Positions 1 to 14,420 of a DNA stretch of 64,000 nucleotides are shown here, piece by piece. Below the pieces are notes generated by a model, which worked only from the letters and a program-made list of their open reading frames with translations, was not told the origin of the DNA and made no database searches. The stretch comes from the human T2T-CHM13v2.0 reference genome, Homo sapiens. The stretch lies in NCBI RefSeq assembly GCF_009914755.1, contig NC_060926.1; one strand, 5' to 3'. How positions within the stretch are numbered: position 1 is the first letter of the stretch; every line of letters starts with the position of its first letter. Made by a program: the position numbers and the translations under genes.

Positions 1-1531
1 GATCTTTATCCACAGCTATAAAGACATTTATTACTTTCTAACAGACTTAAGTTCACAAATTGGGAGGAACTTTGTTCTACTGATATTTGATCCTTGTAAA
101 TCCTGAGAACAGACTCTATTTATCTAGCACGTGTTTAATACTGCTTAAGCCCTGAAAGTTGTAAAAATTGGAAGTAGTCTTATGGAAGTCTTCCTGAATG
201 TTAAATACATCTTAGAATTACAGTTTAATTTTGTAATAGATTACTTATTCAAGCCACTATATTTTTAATATGTGACTACATTTCCCAAAAGTATAGTTAG
301 TTTTGATGAGTCCAAATCAAGTATTATTGATCAAGAACTCAGAATTGAGTAGTTTTAAAATAAAGACAAATATTTGAAATCAGAGTCAGCTTTTGCTACT
401 AGCCATGTTCTTGTTTTCACAAAGCCATGTTTTCCCTGAGACACTTAGCTGATCTTATAAATATTTAATGCAGGGTAGAAGTGCAGGGAAGAAGAAATAT
501 CTTTTGAAATGGACTCTATAACAAAATTAAAAGTAGGAACAATGGAAACAGGGGAAAACCAACTAAAGACAAATGATTTAAAAAATAGATAACTTTCCTA
601 ATTTTTCAACTCAAGAAGTAGAAAATATACTATCTTCCTTCTTTTATACTTATGCTTTGATTTCTACAGAGACATGATAAGCAATATCAGATACTGGAGA
701 TTTCAAACTATACGTATACCAGCAATTTTGTTGTGGAGAATGTGACTTGGTCAAAATGCTTTCAGCAGAATCAAAACTAAGGGATGTTTAGAAATTCAAG
801 AAGAATGTGGAAGAAGAAATTATAAAATATTTCTGTACAACCGGTGGTGGTAGAGGAGAGGTGTTTGGCAACGTGTATTTTAGAACCAATCACGGAAAGC
901 CCGTGAAACTAATTCTCTCCCAATTTCCCCTGCCATTCCAAACTATACCTGAATATGGAAACATTCTAATAAACTAGTAACAAAAATACTTTGTTCAATG
1001 TCTTAGAAAATTTATTCCACACACTAAAGTCAACATGCATGAGAACACGTTTGGCCTGTGTCTGGGCTGGCCTGGGCAAATGGTACTGGCTTGATAAAGA
1101 ACACATATTTTTTTTATTTGTAGCATATCCAGAGACTTATTTCTACCAATCAATCTAGGTGTCCAAATGTATTCTTAGCCACCCCCACAGAAATTGCCCA
1201 AAATGTGCCAAGTTATTGAAAAAGCATCAATGAGCATTTGATTTCTCATACAAGACATAAATCAGAACTGGACCAGAATCTAATGATGCCACAAGGGTGG
1301 AAGGTTGACACAAAATTCACATGGCCATTTTCCACCCTGTAAGGTTTCCATATTTAGTCCTCAAGAACCTGAGCCCTTCTAGTAACTAAAAAAGCTAAAG
1401 TTCTTTAGAGCAATTTCAATAGAGAAGAAATATTGAAACCTACAATAAAAAAACAGTGTCTAGAAACCTAATTTATATGTAATCAGAGAAAGATTAGAAT
1501 CCATAACAATTCTAAATATTAATTTTAGCAT

Positions 1532-1597
1532 TGTGTGTATATGTTAGTATATATGTGTGTATGCGTACATGTCTGTGTGTGTGTGTATATATATATA
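1532..1597. repeat. Degenerate (TG)n/(TA)n microsatellite
   Basis: Mixed TG/TA dinucleotide run read directly. Confidence 0.8.
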
Positions 1598-3709
1598 ATT
1601 AGCCAATAACAAGAGAGAAATATAAATTTAACATTAAAATACTAATAAGGCACTTAAAATATTTTCTTCATATAAAAAAGAAAAATATTTATTGAAACTT
1701 ATGAATGCCCAACTTATAAATGCCAAATATTTTATTATTTTATAATGGTTGATCCAGTCTCCTTTCTTTTGAAACCAGATACAATAATAACTAAGACTTC
1801 TTGATTTTTGTACATTTAGCAGAACCAAATCTATTCCCTAAGTCATTACTCTTTTCGGAGAGCCAGTACTCCCAAAATAAAGAAAAACTAATTGGTCTAT
1901 TATCAGTATTAATGTATGCTGTTTAGTGAGGACGTACTCTAAACAAGACACTTTGTGAAATACTGTGCATAAATTATCTTGGTTAATATATTAATGATTT
2001 TTATTCCACTAATAGTGATTTTATGAGTATTCTTCTAAAAATAAATAGTATTTAATTGGTCAAGATTGTACAGAAAAATACACTCCATATTTCTGTAACT
2101 CTGTTTCTACTACCTATATGATGGTTGTATAACTCCTCACATTCTTAATATTAGAGTCATACATTTTCTCTATCAAGGGAAACTACCATGAGATGAATCA
2201 AAGCAAAAAAAACCTGACTCCTTAACATTTTGAAAACATTTCCAGTATGCCTCACTATGGTAGAAACTGGAATGTAAAATATTATGACTTCATTTGATAG
2301 TTTTTATGGATTAAAATATCACCACAAAATAACTACATGGCAACACTTGATAAAAATACATTTTAAAAGTAAATACAAATAAAACAGAAACAATTACAAC
2401 ATTTACATAATTATAGATCATGTTCCTAATCATGTCCCTGTACATTAAAAGAAATGTATCTGTTAAGTACACAAACTTAATGAATTTTAAAAAGAAACAT
2501 ATTCAAAAATCAAAGTGGTTATTCTGAGAAAATATGATTGTAAAAATAGCCTCAATGTTTTTTAGACATGCTAAAATAATTTATTTGAAGCTAATGATAT
2601 CTGTATAAGTAAATCTGCTAAACATGTGAAATATTTACTTTGGTTGTTTATGCACAAACAGCTAATTAAGTTGTCAATATTATATTCGAACATGCACATA
2701 TACATATATACTGATAAACATTCCCAGTTGAATGCTTTAAAAATATAATAAGATTCCTTTTTATGTGCAACAGTAGATAATATATAGTAGTATTCTGCTT
2801 TTATTTGATTTTCATATAAAGAAGTAAAAACTCTATGTCTGACCACTCCCCAAAAAATACAATATTTAATTGCACTTGACATTTCTAATTCAGCAAGACT
2901 ATTGTTTTCCTTCCATTTTAGATGCAGTATTTCAAGAAGAAAACAAACAAACTCTATAAACGAAAGCCTCTCTGAGTATACACAAACACAAACCCCATCT
3001 TAGCACTGTGAGGCACAGGAAACTCCTGCATGATGGATGGTTGCTTTGCTAGAACAGTCAGCCATGGACACTCTTTTGCCCCTTTGCCCCATTTCTTTAT
3101 TTAATTATATGGCACTGGGAATACCAAGCAATGAAATTGCATTTTCATCCATAGCTGATTTCCATTTAGAGCTTGTCATGTTAATAGTGAAATAAATTGC
3201 GCTAATTGCCAGAAAACTTCATCAAATTCACATTTCTTCCTTATTTTATTCAATATTTATTAAACTGCATATCCTAACATGCCTGCCTGGTAAAAGCAGC
3301 CCAGTTTCTGAATAAATTTATACCCTAACATTTGGTGCTGCCACTTATTTTTTTTTTACTAGTGTTCTAATTTACTTCTTAAAGTTTGGATGCATTTATT
3401 CATATTGTTTTTGGAAATGTTTATTATGAAGAGTTACTTACAAATTTACTTACCCAAAGTTATTTGACACTTAGAAAATATAATAATTTAAATAAAAACC
3501 AATTAAAATTACTTATGTCTTCTGTTAATATAAGATTTAATTGTAAGATTTCTGGATGGCATTTTTAATTGACTAAAAAATATTTTGGTTCCCATAACAC
3601 ATTATTCCTGAAATACTTCCAAAAACCATTTGAGAGAGTTTAAAATGAAAGGCCAAATTATCATTAAATTATTGAGTAAGAGAACAGACTTCAAAATAAA
3701 AAGTACATC

Positions 3710-3880
3710 AAACTTGAAGTCAGAAGGCCTACATTCCAATCAGAGCTCAGTTACTCATTATCTGTGTATCCTGGGCTCAGTCATTTAGTCTCTCAAAGCC
3801 TCAGTTCCCCCCTATGCTAACCAAAGAACTGGATCAGATGACCTTTCAGATCCCCATTAGCTCTAAAAGCTATCATTCTC
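3710..3880 (+). mobile_element. MIR-family SINE (MIR3/MIRb-like)
   Basis: MIR core-like gtcatttagtctctcaaagcctcagttcccc followed by tail ggatcagatgacctttcagatcccc...ctctaaaa. Confidence 0.7.
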
Positions 3881-6059
3881 ATAATAGAGGAAGAAGAGAT
3901 GAGAAGAGCAAAGAGTTAATCTGACAGCAGGCTAGTTCCTCTGACTAAATACAAATATTAGTTCTTGGATCCCCAGGCAAAAATAAATCATGCTGACTAT
4001 TGGCAAAAAAAAAAAGAGGAAATTTTAACTAATGCTTTAAAAATATATTGCAATAGTACTTTGAATTGCATAATAAAATTATTCAATACTAGTTATAAAA
4101 AGTATGCAGAAATAGCTACCACTTTGCCCTTTTTTATGTCCACCAAGAACACAATATTAGATTGCTGTTCTGAAATGCATTTTCGCACAGTTTTTATGTA
4201 ATACAGACAAGGTTTTCGATTTCTAATCATTTATCTACATGAAAAGCATAGAGAATTGAGGAGAATAAACATTTAGTATGTTTCTAGGACGGGTCCTTTC
4301 AAATAAGAATTATTTTGTGTCTTTTACTATCACATACACCATATGAGATTGAGATCACAGTCTAGTGTTTAAAATACAGAGATTTCATGTAGTTGCTTTA
4401 AATAGCAGGTAACATGATGCAAATTAATATTTTCTTTTGAAAATTAAAATATTTGATTTTCTTTGCCCCAGAACAGGCCACCACACTTTATTTCAAAGAG
4501 TTCTCTAGGAGCAGCCAAAGGTAGACTAATGTTTTTGAACAGCAGCATTGCATCTTCTCACATGTTTAACGGAATACTAGATTGAAGTCCCCGATCCATG
4601 CATTATAACCAAGAGACAACGTTATCTGAATTTTTGAGAAAGGAGTTGTTGTATTTTCTATCTCTACCTTAATTCTCTCCAAAAAAAATTCCTCCACAAT
4701 TTTATAGAAAAATTGATACAGAGCTGAATGAGCTCAGATGAGAGTTGTCTAATAAAAATACTTGGTTGTTTATTTTGACATAAATGTCAATCATTGAAGA
4801 AACATAGGCACACCGTCTGGCATGTAATAGGTATTAAATATTAACTGAATCTGAATTAATATGGACCTCATTTTTCTGAATATTACCAGCCAAATTATAG
4901 TATATTCGGAATCATTCACAAAAATAATTAGTTTTTCTCATTCATACATTCTTTGCAGAGGACAACAAGAATCCTGAATGTATAACACTTCATATTATTT
5001 AGATACTAGTTATAAATGAATGAGTCTGAGGAAACAATTTTGTTTATAACATTTAGAACTGGCATTTTCTCTATGAAACGTCTCATTGCTACCTACATCC
5101 ATTCTCCAAGTGGTATTTCTTTAAAAGGTTCTGAAGAAGCTTTAAAAGACCAGAATTTATTTGAAGTTATATAGTTTGACCTCTAGACACCTTCTGTTTA
5201 AAGTATTAAAGGTTGATCAATATATTTTGCTAAAATATCTTGCCCTCAACATCTTTTCCCCTCAACTAAAGAGAAAAAAGTTAGCAATGATCACTAGAAA
5301 AAAGGCTGTATGCCTAAATCCTATGAGTTCTCTATGCACGATACTAGGTAATGAAACCCAGGCATGTATTTCCTTGAGGGTAAAGTGGATTAAATGTGTT
5401 GAAGCAATATTCAATAGGCTTAACATTCTATAATTTGGCCAAGCTATAAGATTATCCTTTTGGTAGTCAAAGTAAATTAAAATTTGCAAGCATACTGGGG
5501 AAACTACATTAGAATAGTTAACTAGGGGAAATATTTCCATAGGATTTGGGTCCATAACCCAATATTGGGTAAAAATAACCCCAGCTGAAGAAAAAGTAAT
5601 CTCCCTTGAGGAGGTTCTTTTCAATTTAAAGTGTATAAAATTGCTACAGTAAGTTAATTTGAGGAAGGATACTCTGGTTTATCAAATTTAGAATGAGCAT
5701 CACAGAACACTAAATTAGAAGCAAGCTCACCTAACATCAGTGCAAATTTTAAAACTGGAACAATGACAGTTTATGAAGAAATATGGAGAAAAATAACTAT
5801 TTAAATATCTTGATAAGTTAACACCCTCTGATTTGAGAACCAGACTATTTACGTAATCCAAAGAAAAATACAACCAATCAACACTTTTAGTCTGTTTTGA
5901 TTTTCCACTCATTTAAACCTGCAAGCACATAAAGGACATAATCCTTAAGGAATTTATAATATACACTGATTAACATATTTATCCACCAAATATTCATTGA
6001 ATACTTATTATAAAATAAATGCTTGGTTAGGCACTTTAGCAAAGATGAATGAAACAGTT

Positions 6060-6212
6060 TTAGTTTTAGTCCTTTTTCATGTTTAAAATAAAGACAATGA
6101 GAATTACCTGGTGAGATTATCATGAGACTAAAAGACTAGAATGAGATGTTTATAAAAAGTATCTAGCAGAGTGACTGGTGAATAGCAGGCACTCAATCAG
6201 TATTTGTTATCA
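6060..6212 (+). mobile_element. MIR 3' fragment, next to a short L2-like piece at ~5980-6050
   Basis: gagattatcatgagactaaaa...ctagcagagtgactggtgaatagcaggcactcaat resembles the MIR 3' half. Confidence 0.55.
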
Positions 6213-7228
6213 TTCCCTAGCACAGAAAGCAAATAAGTACTCTTTAAATAGTAATTTTAAGATGATGTAACTAATTCAATAACCAAATAACAATCAAAGA
6301 CTCTTCAAGTCATTAGTTACATATGTATTTGCACCTCTCTGCTGCAAATCTGTGTCATGGTTTTCAATGCCATGGTAAGCTTTGAGGGTATTTTTTTTTT
6401 AAGCAATCAGAGACTTTCAAAGATTTGTTTTTCAGAATAAAATTAGGACAGTTGTGTTCTTATTAATGACAAGTGACAAATTTTAAACTGTATTCTATTT
6501 AAACTCAGGAGATGTTATCATCCTATATAATAAAAAAAAACTTTTAAAATACTAAAATTGTATATCAACATGTTGGGCCATGTTTTCAGTGCTGGAGTTC
6601 AACCCTTGAAGTAAAATTTTAAGGCTCTAACTCCCCAAATGTTAAGGTATAATGTAACTGATTCTATAGAAATAGATGCATTTTTCTAAGTAAGTAAACA
6701 GGTTTCTATAATAAACTGCCCCTCAGTTAAAAGTCAGTTTATTTTCATAAAGTCTAATATAGGGACTATTCTATTTTTAATTATTTTATCAAATCTAAAA
6801 TTAGAAATTCACCATTCTCCATGTTATAACTATAATTATTAAAATTAACACTATTTTAATATCTTTCAATTTGCATTTTCATTTATTCAAATATCATCAC
6901 CTTGAACACTGTTAATTATACTCTATTGTTCAAGACATCAAATTTATGTCTCTTTATAGCGGCATCAGTAGAGACACTGACAGATGTTATTCAGCCTCCC
7001 TCTATTGGGGAACAAGGCGAAAACATTAACCTGATTAACCCATGTTACTTCTCTGAAATTATTAGTGAATATTTGTTTTTCTTTTTCATGCCACCAATAT
7101 TTTTTACTCCTTACAGCTTATTATACATAGGCATGTGTTTGAAAGCTATGAGATTTCAATTTACTTTGTCTGGCAGCTGTTCCCTAAGTAATTTTGCGTG
7201 AACCATCTAATCTCTCTGTTTTGAGCTT

Positions 7229-7236
7229 CATATATA

Positions 7237-7289
<53 letters not shown>
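7229..7289. repeat. Compound microsatellite (TA)n-(TG)17-(TA)n
   Basis: Perfect TG run at 7243-7276 flanked by TA runs. Confidence 0.95.
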
Positions 7290-7429
7290 TCCAGAAGTTT
7301 ATAGTCCAAACTAAACTAAAAATTGGGAGAAAAATTAACTGAAAAATATTTTATTTTCCAAAAAACCCAGAAATTTAATGATTGCTATTTTACCATGAAA
7401 ATCAGGAAATATTCATGAGCTATCCAGTT

Positions 7430-7690
7430 CATACAGCACCAGTGTCTGGTAGAAGTAGAATGTAAAATGTTCTCGCAGTCACCATTTAAAAAGTTAAAAA
7501 AAAAATGAAATTCATTTACATAATATATTTAATATATCCACATAAAATTATCAATGAGCTATTTTACATTCTTTTCTATGTAGTAATCCTTTAAATCTGG
7601 CATCTATTTTACATGTAAAGCATAGCCTGTTTTGCACTAGTCACATTTCAAGTGCTCGATAGTCACAGTGACTTCTGTACTAGAACAGAT
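7430..7690. mobile_element. MER33/MER3-like hAT-Charlie DNA transposon fossil
   Basis: ctagtcacatttcaagtgctcgatagtcaca and aatgagctattttacattcttttc resemble MER33/MER3. Confidence 0.65.
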
Positions 7691-9959
7691 GTTGACAGTA
7701 CAAACTTCCTTGAGACTAGGACTTTGTTTACCTATTTCTAATGACTAGGACATTACTTGATACACAGTAGAAATCCAACATTTATTAAATGAATTTGTCA
7801 AATTAGTAACTTAGGTTAGAGATAGGGGTCATCAAATTTTTATATCCAATCAGAGGGGCTAACAATATATGCCGGAATACTACTGGCAGAATATGTAATA
7901 AATGAATAGGAAAATAGAGAAAAATAAAAATAATATAGAATGAGATAAAAGTGAAAAAGAAAGAAACAAAGGAGTTACACAATAGAACAAAAAAGAAACA
8001 GATATGGAAGAATGAGGGAGAATCCCATCAACTGTTAACACACCCATCCTGAGTTTTAAAATAAATCCTATCACCATAGAGTTGCAATTTAGAAAAGAAC
8101 AGGCTGTTGACTGCCCATTAAAGCTATATATCTGAATATGTCACTATGTTTAGCACTGATCATTTTTAATACCAGTTTGTAAAGATAAAATGAATTTGTT
8201 TCTTTAAATGCCTACTTTCAGACTATTGTCTGGAGAGAATCAAAACTATATGAAAAAAGTAGACTGATCACATGCATCCACCTCTCCTCAAGTCCTAAAT
8301 TTTTTAAAAACCACAAATGGGACCATTTTGCAGAATATATTCATAACAATTTTGGAAATAAAAAAGCTTCTATCCATTAACCAGAAGCAAAAAGTTTCTA
8401 TCAGTTAACCAGAAGCAATGACATTTCCCAGATGGAAGAAATTAGATGACATCAAACTAACAAATGCAGAGAAAGCCACATCTACAGCCTAAAATGTGCA
8501 CAAGAGAAATCTATTAGAGCAAACATAAAGACACATAAACTCAACTCCTGGTGAATAAATACAGAAAGGGAGAGGATGCCCAGGGGCAACTGTCAAAATC
8601 GTGATTTAAAGATTTTCAATCTAACACTGAAAACAGTTCAACTCTTCAACCCCTATATGAGTAGATTTTGCCTTGAGATAAAGCCACCCAGTTGTACTCT
8701 GAAGAAAGCGAAGATTTTTCCTGGATAGGCATAGGGTCTTGAAGTCTCTCTCATAATCCTATGTTTCACATTGTAACTGCAGGGGGAGAAAGCAAATGAA
8801 ATGACTTTCCCTTCAAGGAACTACTCTAGGATGGCCCCGGTCAGAAAAAGACCCTGTTTATTTGGTGAAACTGGGGAATTCCTAACTTGCCTGCCTTCTC
8901 AATATGAACATTGTAAAGTGAGACTACTCTTGTTTGCTGCCATATATACTTGAATTTTTTTTAATTTAGTGAAAGTTGTTGAGTGGTAAAATTTTCAAGA
9001 CTCATTGAATTAGAAATTATGCAGTTTGTCCATGAAATTGTGTATTATCCATCTTCCAATTAGATTATACATTCTAATAAAATGTCTATTTTAGCCTCAA
9101 ATTCATTAATTTAGTGCACTAAAATTTTTTTTCTTGCTACTGATATTGTTGGCAAGTACTCTTTCCAAATTACATAAGAATCAATTGTCAAATTAAAAAG
9201 CAAACATTCTAATTAAACTATTTTAAGCATGCAAGCAATATATATAGTTCTGTAAAAATTAATATAGAATCCAAATATATTCAGAAAAAAATTATCTTGT
9301 TTTCTATTGAAGTGATTGATCAAGATGGAAAACAGCAGGTATATATCTGAATATATTAAATTGAACAGCTTTAGATTAGAGTGAAGCAGTTTGGCTTTAT
9401 TCTTATTTGCTTTATTTTGCTTCTCCTCCTCCTCTTCTTCCTTATTTTAGAAGCAAAAGCAGAACTGAACAACATAGTATTAATAAGGAAAAAAAATAAA
9501 ATCATTTTGATTGTAAATTTTCAGAAAAATCAGTACATTTTTAAAAGTTACTATGAGCTAAATCAGTAGTAAGCCCTTATAGTTTTAAATTCATCCACTA
9601 AAGAAAAATTAATGTCTTTTTTTAATTTTCAAAGTACAGTGAATAATACTGGAAATATTTTGGCAAGTTTCTTTTCATATGGTAAGGACAGTGGAACATG
9701 TAGACAATTTAGAAATTAATGAAAACGTATTAAGGTAAATATATCCCATTTGGATACCATATAGTAATCAATGTTATATACCAAAGTGTTCTTCCATTTA
9801 CAAACCAGTCTATAACATATTTTTGTTATGCATAAATGTTATTACTGACACAAATTAGAAATTGAAAAGAGCCAATAAACATTCCAGAGAATACCAACAC
9901 AATATAACTTTACTATCAAATAAGGTAAATAAAAGATATCAACTAGAGGTCTTACAACT

Positions 9960-12900
9960 TTTGAAAAATTAATAAATTTATTCTGCCTACATGGGCTTAT
10001 TTTGTGACAGCATTTTCATTTACATAATTTGATTTTCATATATTTTATATATCTCAGAACATGCCAAGTGTACAACTAATTCTGGTATATATATATAACT
10101 AACTCCAGTATATAACTAACTCTACTGTAGCTCTTCTTTTTTACTGTCAATGATTCTAGTTTATTAATATCATATAATATGTATACTTTGATATTAAAAT
10201 GTCTCAACTTAAAATAATAGATGTAATTCAATGCTATGCTCGTCTATCCCATCTGTGTAGAAGCACAATTAACATGCCATTTTATGAATATCATGAAATC
10301 TCTTAGAATGGCATTTTAACACTATTCCCACAAGTCACAATTTAGTTTTGTTTTCCAGAATTATTCATTGAGTGAATTTTTAAACTATCTTTGTTTCTTC
10401 ATTTAAAAATTTGTCTTTATTCTTAATATCCTTGGGTAACATCTATTAATTTGGACCCACTTGCAACTTTCATTAACTACTGTTCAATCTCCTGAATCAT
10501 CAAGGTGTTAAATGGGATAGAATCTCAAAGTTCTTGAGGCATTTTTCAGCATGAATAAATTTTCATTTGTGATTATCTCCCCTTCATCCCACAATTTAAA
10601 CAATCTACAAACTTTCAAATACACTTCCAGATACTAGCCAAACAGTGAAAAATATAGTTAAATCAGTTATAAGACCAGAGGTCTTCTCGCTAAAATAAAG
10701 TAAGATCCTACTTTAAGTTGGCTAAATTTATCTTTCCCTAAAATGCTGAATTCACTAAGACACTGAGTTATGAAAGCATGTTATTAAATTATTTTCAAAG
10801 TTAACTGAGATCAGTTTTGCCAAAAATATTTTTAAAAGCATTGAATTGAAAATCTTGTTTTTAAGTTTGTATGAGTACATAGTTTCTCAGACTTTGTCTA
10901 CCCCTTCCTCAACTTGGTTGACATTTTTACGTTAATTTTTTTCAAGCACTTTTTTTCTGAACACATTCCCAAGAACTGATGATTCAAACTATCACCTCTG
11001 GTGAGTTAACAGCATCCCAAAGTGGATGGCAAGAAGTTTAGATCAAAGTCTGTGGTATTACATTAAAAAAAAAAAGAAAAGAAAAATGAAACAGTTAAAT
11101 TAATTCATTAGAAAAAAATTAGTTATTTGGTTATCTTGAAAGTTCTTATCAAGCCTCAAAAATTTTCAATTCTACTAAGCAGTATAGAATTTAAAAAAAA
11201 ATCCAAAATAACCATATTTTGGTGATTTTTTTTAAAAAGAATCAAATTTTGAAGCTTCAAAAGATATTTAGAATTAAAAACTAATTAGCACGTGAATTTA
11301 CTTATTGCTTAAGTTACTAAGAGAGAAATTAAAGGAAAATATCAATTAATAATGAAAAGTATTAGTCAACTGCTTAATTGTGATCTCCATCCAGGTCCTT
11401 TAATCCAGAAAGAGCCTTTCTCTTTCATTTACTATTCTACTCTTGGCAAGTCATGATAAATCATCATCAACATTATTTCTTTCATTACTTTCCATTGCTA
11501 ACAGATGTAGGGACCAAGAGCTTAAATTATAATTGTATAATGGACTGAGGCTGAATTAATTAACAATCCCAAGCTTGTGGGAGAATTTAAGCTAATTTAT
11601 TTGGTTTTTTAAAAGGCTAGTCACAGCTTGAGGTATCTTTCTGTACTTTGAGATTACTGAAGTCATGAGGGAACAGGAGCTTTGAGCATTATTACACACC
11701 AAAACAGATAAGTTTTAAGTACTGTAGGCAAGGATTTCAGAAAATGGGTATCAGCTACAAGCCTTTTAATTTTTTGTAATATTTGATTCTACTTTACTGC
11801 TGTTACACATAACACTTCAAAAATATAAAAGTATAATATTATTTTGCTCCTCTGATTTTATAATAACTCAAGAAATGACAATGAGCAAGTAACACATCAT
11901 TTTGAGTATCCGGGCTAGAGGTTCACTTTCTCTTAATTAAATTAGTCTCAGAAAGACTGCAGCAATTCAAAATGAGAATCCAACACGTGGCTTGTGAGGA
12001 AATTCTAAATAAGATACACATAGACACACATACACAAGTATACACAAATGTTTACACATATATCACACACATAATTATTATTTTTCTCTTCTAAATTTCC
12101 TTAAAATTATTTTTAAAACAGGTATATAGCAACAAATAACTTTGATTAGATACTGATTCTATGCTGGCAAAATAGTAATAATATTGTACAAGAACTCTAA
12201 AGAATTTGATGTGTCCTATTACAGTTATAGTTTCTTGTTTGCAACTTTTCCGGAGCTATACAAATATCCTGCCTTATCTGGGTAGAAAGCACAGTTGCTT
12301 TGGTTTTTTACATGGTCTGTGTCACTTCCAGTTCACACAAAGTGGTACTTAGCTTTCCTCGTCACCAAATACAATGTCAGATTCCGGGCATTTTGTTAAT
12401 ACATGGATTTTCAACTTTGAATTCTGATGCCAAAGGAGAGATGCATATTATACAAAAAACTTTCTGACACAACAGAGAGCCAATTATTTTCTAAAAGTAA
12501 CAATTGAACTCACAGAAGACATATGTACATTACAATATGAAGCTAAATATAAATTCACAGTCAGCTGCATTATTAAATTCATCTTAATCTATTAATAGAT
12601 ATATCTCACCAAATATATGAGGAAGTAAAAAGCTAAATATTGATTCCTAACAGACAAATGAAAAAAAAGAAAGTTCCAAATAACTATGTGAGTGACCAGA
12701 AGCATAAATAGCATGCTCATGGCTTTAAATAAAACAATTATCCCTGAGAAAACTATCGATGATTCACAGACCACCTTTTTTTCCTATGTATCTTTTACTA
12801 CTTTTCTCCTAATACTATCCTCAAAAACAATAACTACTTTTTGGATGATTTTTTTTCTGTTACTTGGAGTAGTATGGTGCACTGTAAGAGTCACACACGC

Positions 12901-13346
12901 CCACATGCATGTACACACACACACTGCAAGGGTGCCCTTTTGGATGCCGTAGAAATGTGTATTTCCTTTTACAGAGGTGGGAATCACTTGACAATTGAGC
13001 ATTAAAGAGCATCTGACCCCAAAGTAGTCTTTAATCAAATCTGATGGCTATGCTTTTGCAGAAAGTGAATCTGAAGTTCCCCCTTTTTTCCATCATCAAT
13101 CTTCTTCAGCCTGGCATTCATCAAGCTGCATGGAAATTCGCATTCACGCTAAGTAAGCTTTCAGGTGAATTTACTTTGGAACCCCAAATGATCCAGTGTA
13201 AAGGTCCAAATCATTCTTTCACAGTATTGCACCCAGATAGTCCCTGGCATTCTGATAAAAGTGGTTTGTCAATAAAATGCTGAGCGAAATTGCTTGTTTA
13301 GATGTATGGTGTCAGTTGAGAGACTAGTAGCTGAGCAAGCATCTTC
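9960..13346 (-). other. Candidate distal terminal exon with long 3' UTR of an unidentified minus-strand gene (3' end uncertain)
   Basis: Minus strand: branch-like TTTAAC, strong acceptor ctctccatttttttttag|GAAGATG with first exon base 13346. All frames stop within 80 nt: xKMLAQLLVSQLTPYI*, EDACSATSLSTDTIHLNKQFRSAFY*, xRCLLSY*. About 3.4 kb free of recognisable TEs follows, with AATAAA at 11596-11601 and 9977-9982. Confidence 0.55.
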
Positions 13347-13384
13347 CTAAAAAAAATGGAGAGATTTTTGAGTGGTTAAAAAAC

Positions 13385-13503
13385 ACTTGCTTGTGATGGT
13401 TGCAAAACTATGTGTATACACTAAAAACCACTGACATGTACACTCTAAACAGGTACATGTATGATATGAGAATTATGTCTGTTTCAATAAAACTGTTTTA
13501 AAA
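13385..13503 (+). mobile_element. Old L1M (L1MB/MC-like) 3' end fragment
   Basis: gtgatggttgcaaaactatgtg...ctaaaaaccactga...tgtacactctaaa...caataaaactgttttaaaaa. Confidence 0.7.
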
Positions 13504-13997
13504 ACTACTTGCTTATAGTTCTGTGAATAAATGTTAGTTTATCATTAATCTATTTTATGTACTCAGCTGCAAGTCGCAGGAGCTATTCTGAGGTGATTAT
13601 ATTAAAGATAACTAGATTAAAATCCAGATGTTTTTCTTCCCTTGCTCATTTGTGATATGTTCTTTATTTGATATTTTCAAAATCCCATAGTTAATGAATT
13701 TTCCAACTAAAAATGTAAAATTGTTGAGTGTCTGAGAAAAACTCACAATGTCCCAATAAAGTATTTCAGCCATCTCTTTACTTTTGTTTCCAGTAAGTTC
13801 AGATTTTTTTTTCCAACTAATAGAAAATCAGCATTTGCAATCAAAAACATAGGCTAAAAGGAACCCCTGGAAATTCCTTGATCTTTTCAGAATCTTCATT
13901 CAGGTAGGAGAGTAAAAGAGCTTTGTGATAGTTTAAAAACTTTTACCCCAAGATATTACATCGATTAAAGAATCATATTATATCCTTAATTCCAAAG

Positions 13998-14185
13998 CAA
14001 CAGTTCCTAAATTCCAGTCATCACCTAAACTAGGAATCACTTGAACAGCTGGTTAAAAACAAGATTCCAGACCACATGGCTAAGACTCTGATGCTTTGAA
14101 GTTGAAGTGAGTACCCACAATCAGCATTCTAACTACCACCTCAGGTGATTTTTAATTCAAGAGATCCTTAAACTATATTTTGCGA
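13998..14185. mobile_element. MER5-family DNA transposon
   Basis: gaatcacttgaacagctggttaaaaacaagattccag...gcattctaac...cctcaggtgatt. Confidence 0.6.
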
Positions 14186-14264
14186 AATTAATCATTTTTG
14201 TATTATACTATATAGCCAAAATATGTATTTCACCCTAAACATTTAATTTCACAGAATTCTTAGA

Positions 14265-14420
14265 ATTACAGAAGTTTCTAAATAAAGAGAACTTCAGGAA
14301 GGTATCCAGTCCAGTCCCATGCTTTACAGATGAAGGACTTAAGATCAAAAAGGATAAATGTCATGCCTCGAAGCATACAGATATAAAGTGGTAAGGCTAG
14401 GACTAGAACTTACTCACTGG
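14265..14420 (-). mobile_element. MIR
   Basis: tttacagatgaaggacttaaga is the reverse MIR core; ctaggactagaac. Confidence 0.6.

Noticed and set aside
5161-5624. Overlapping 90-aa and 120-aa ORFs, including the longest in the window
   Set aside because: Non-ATG starts, no recognisable domain, no supporting splice sites; lengths compatible with chance
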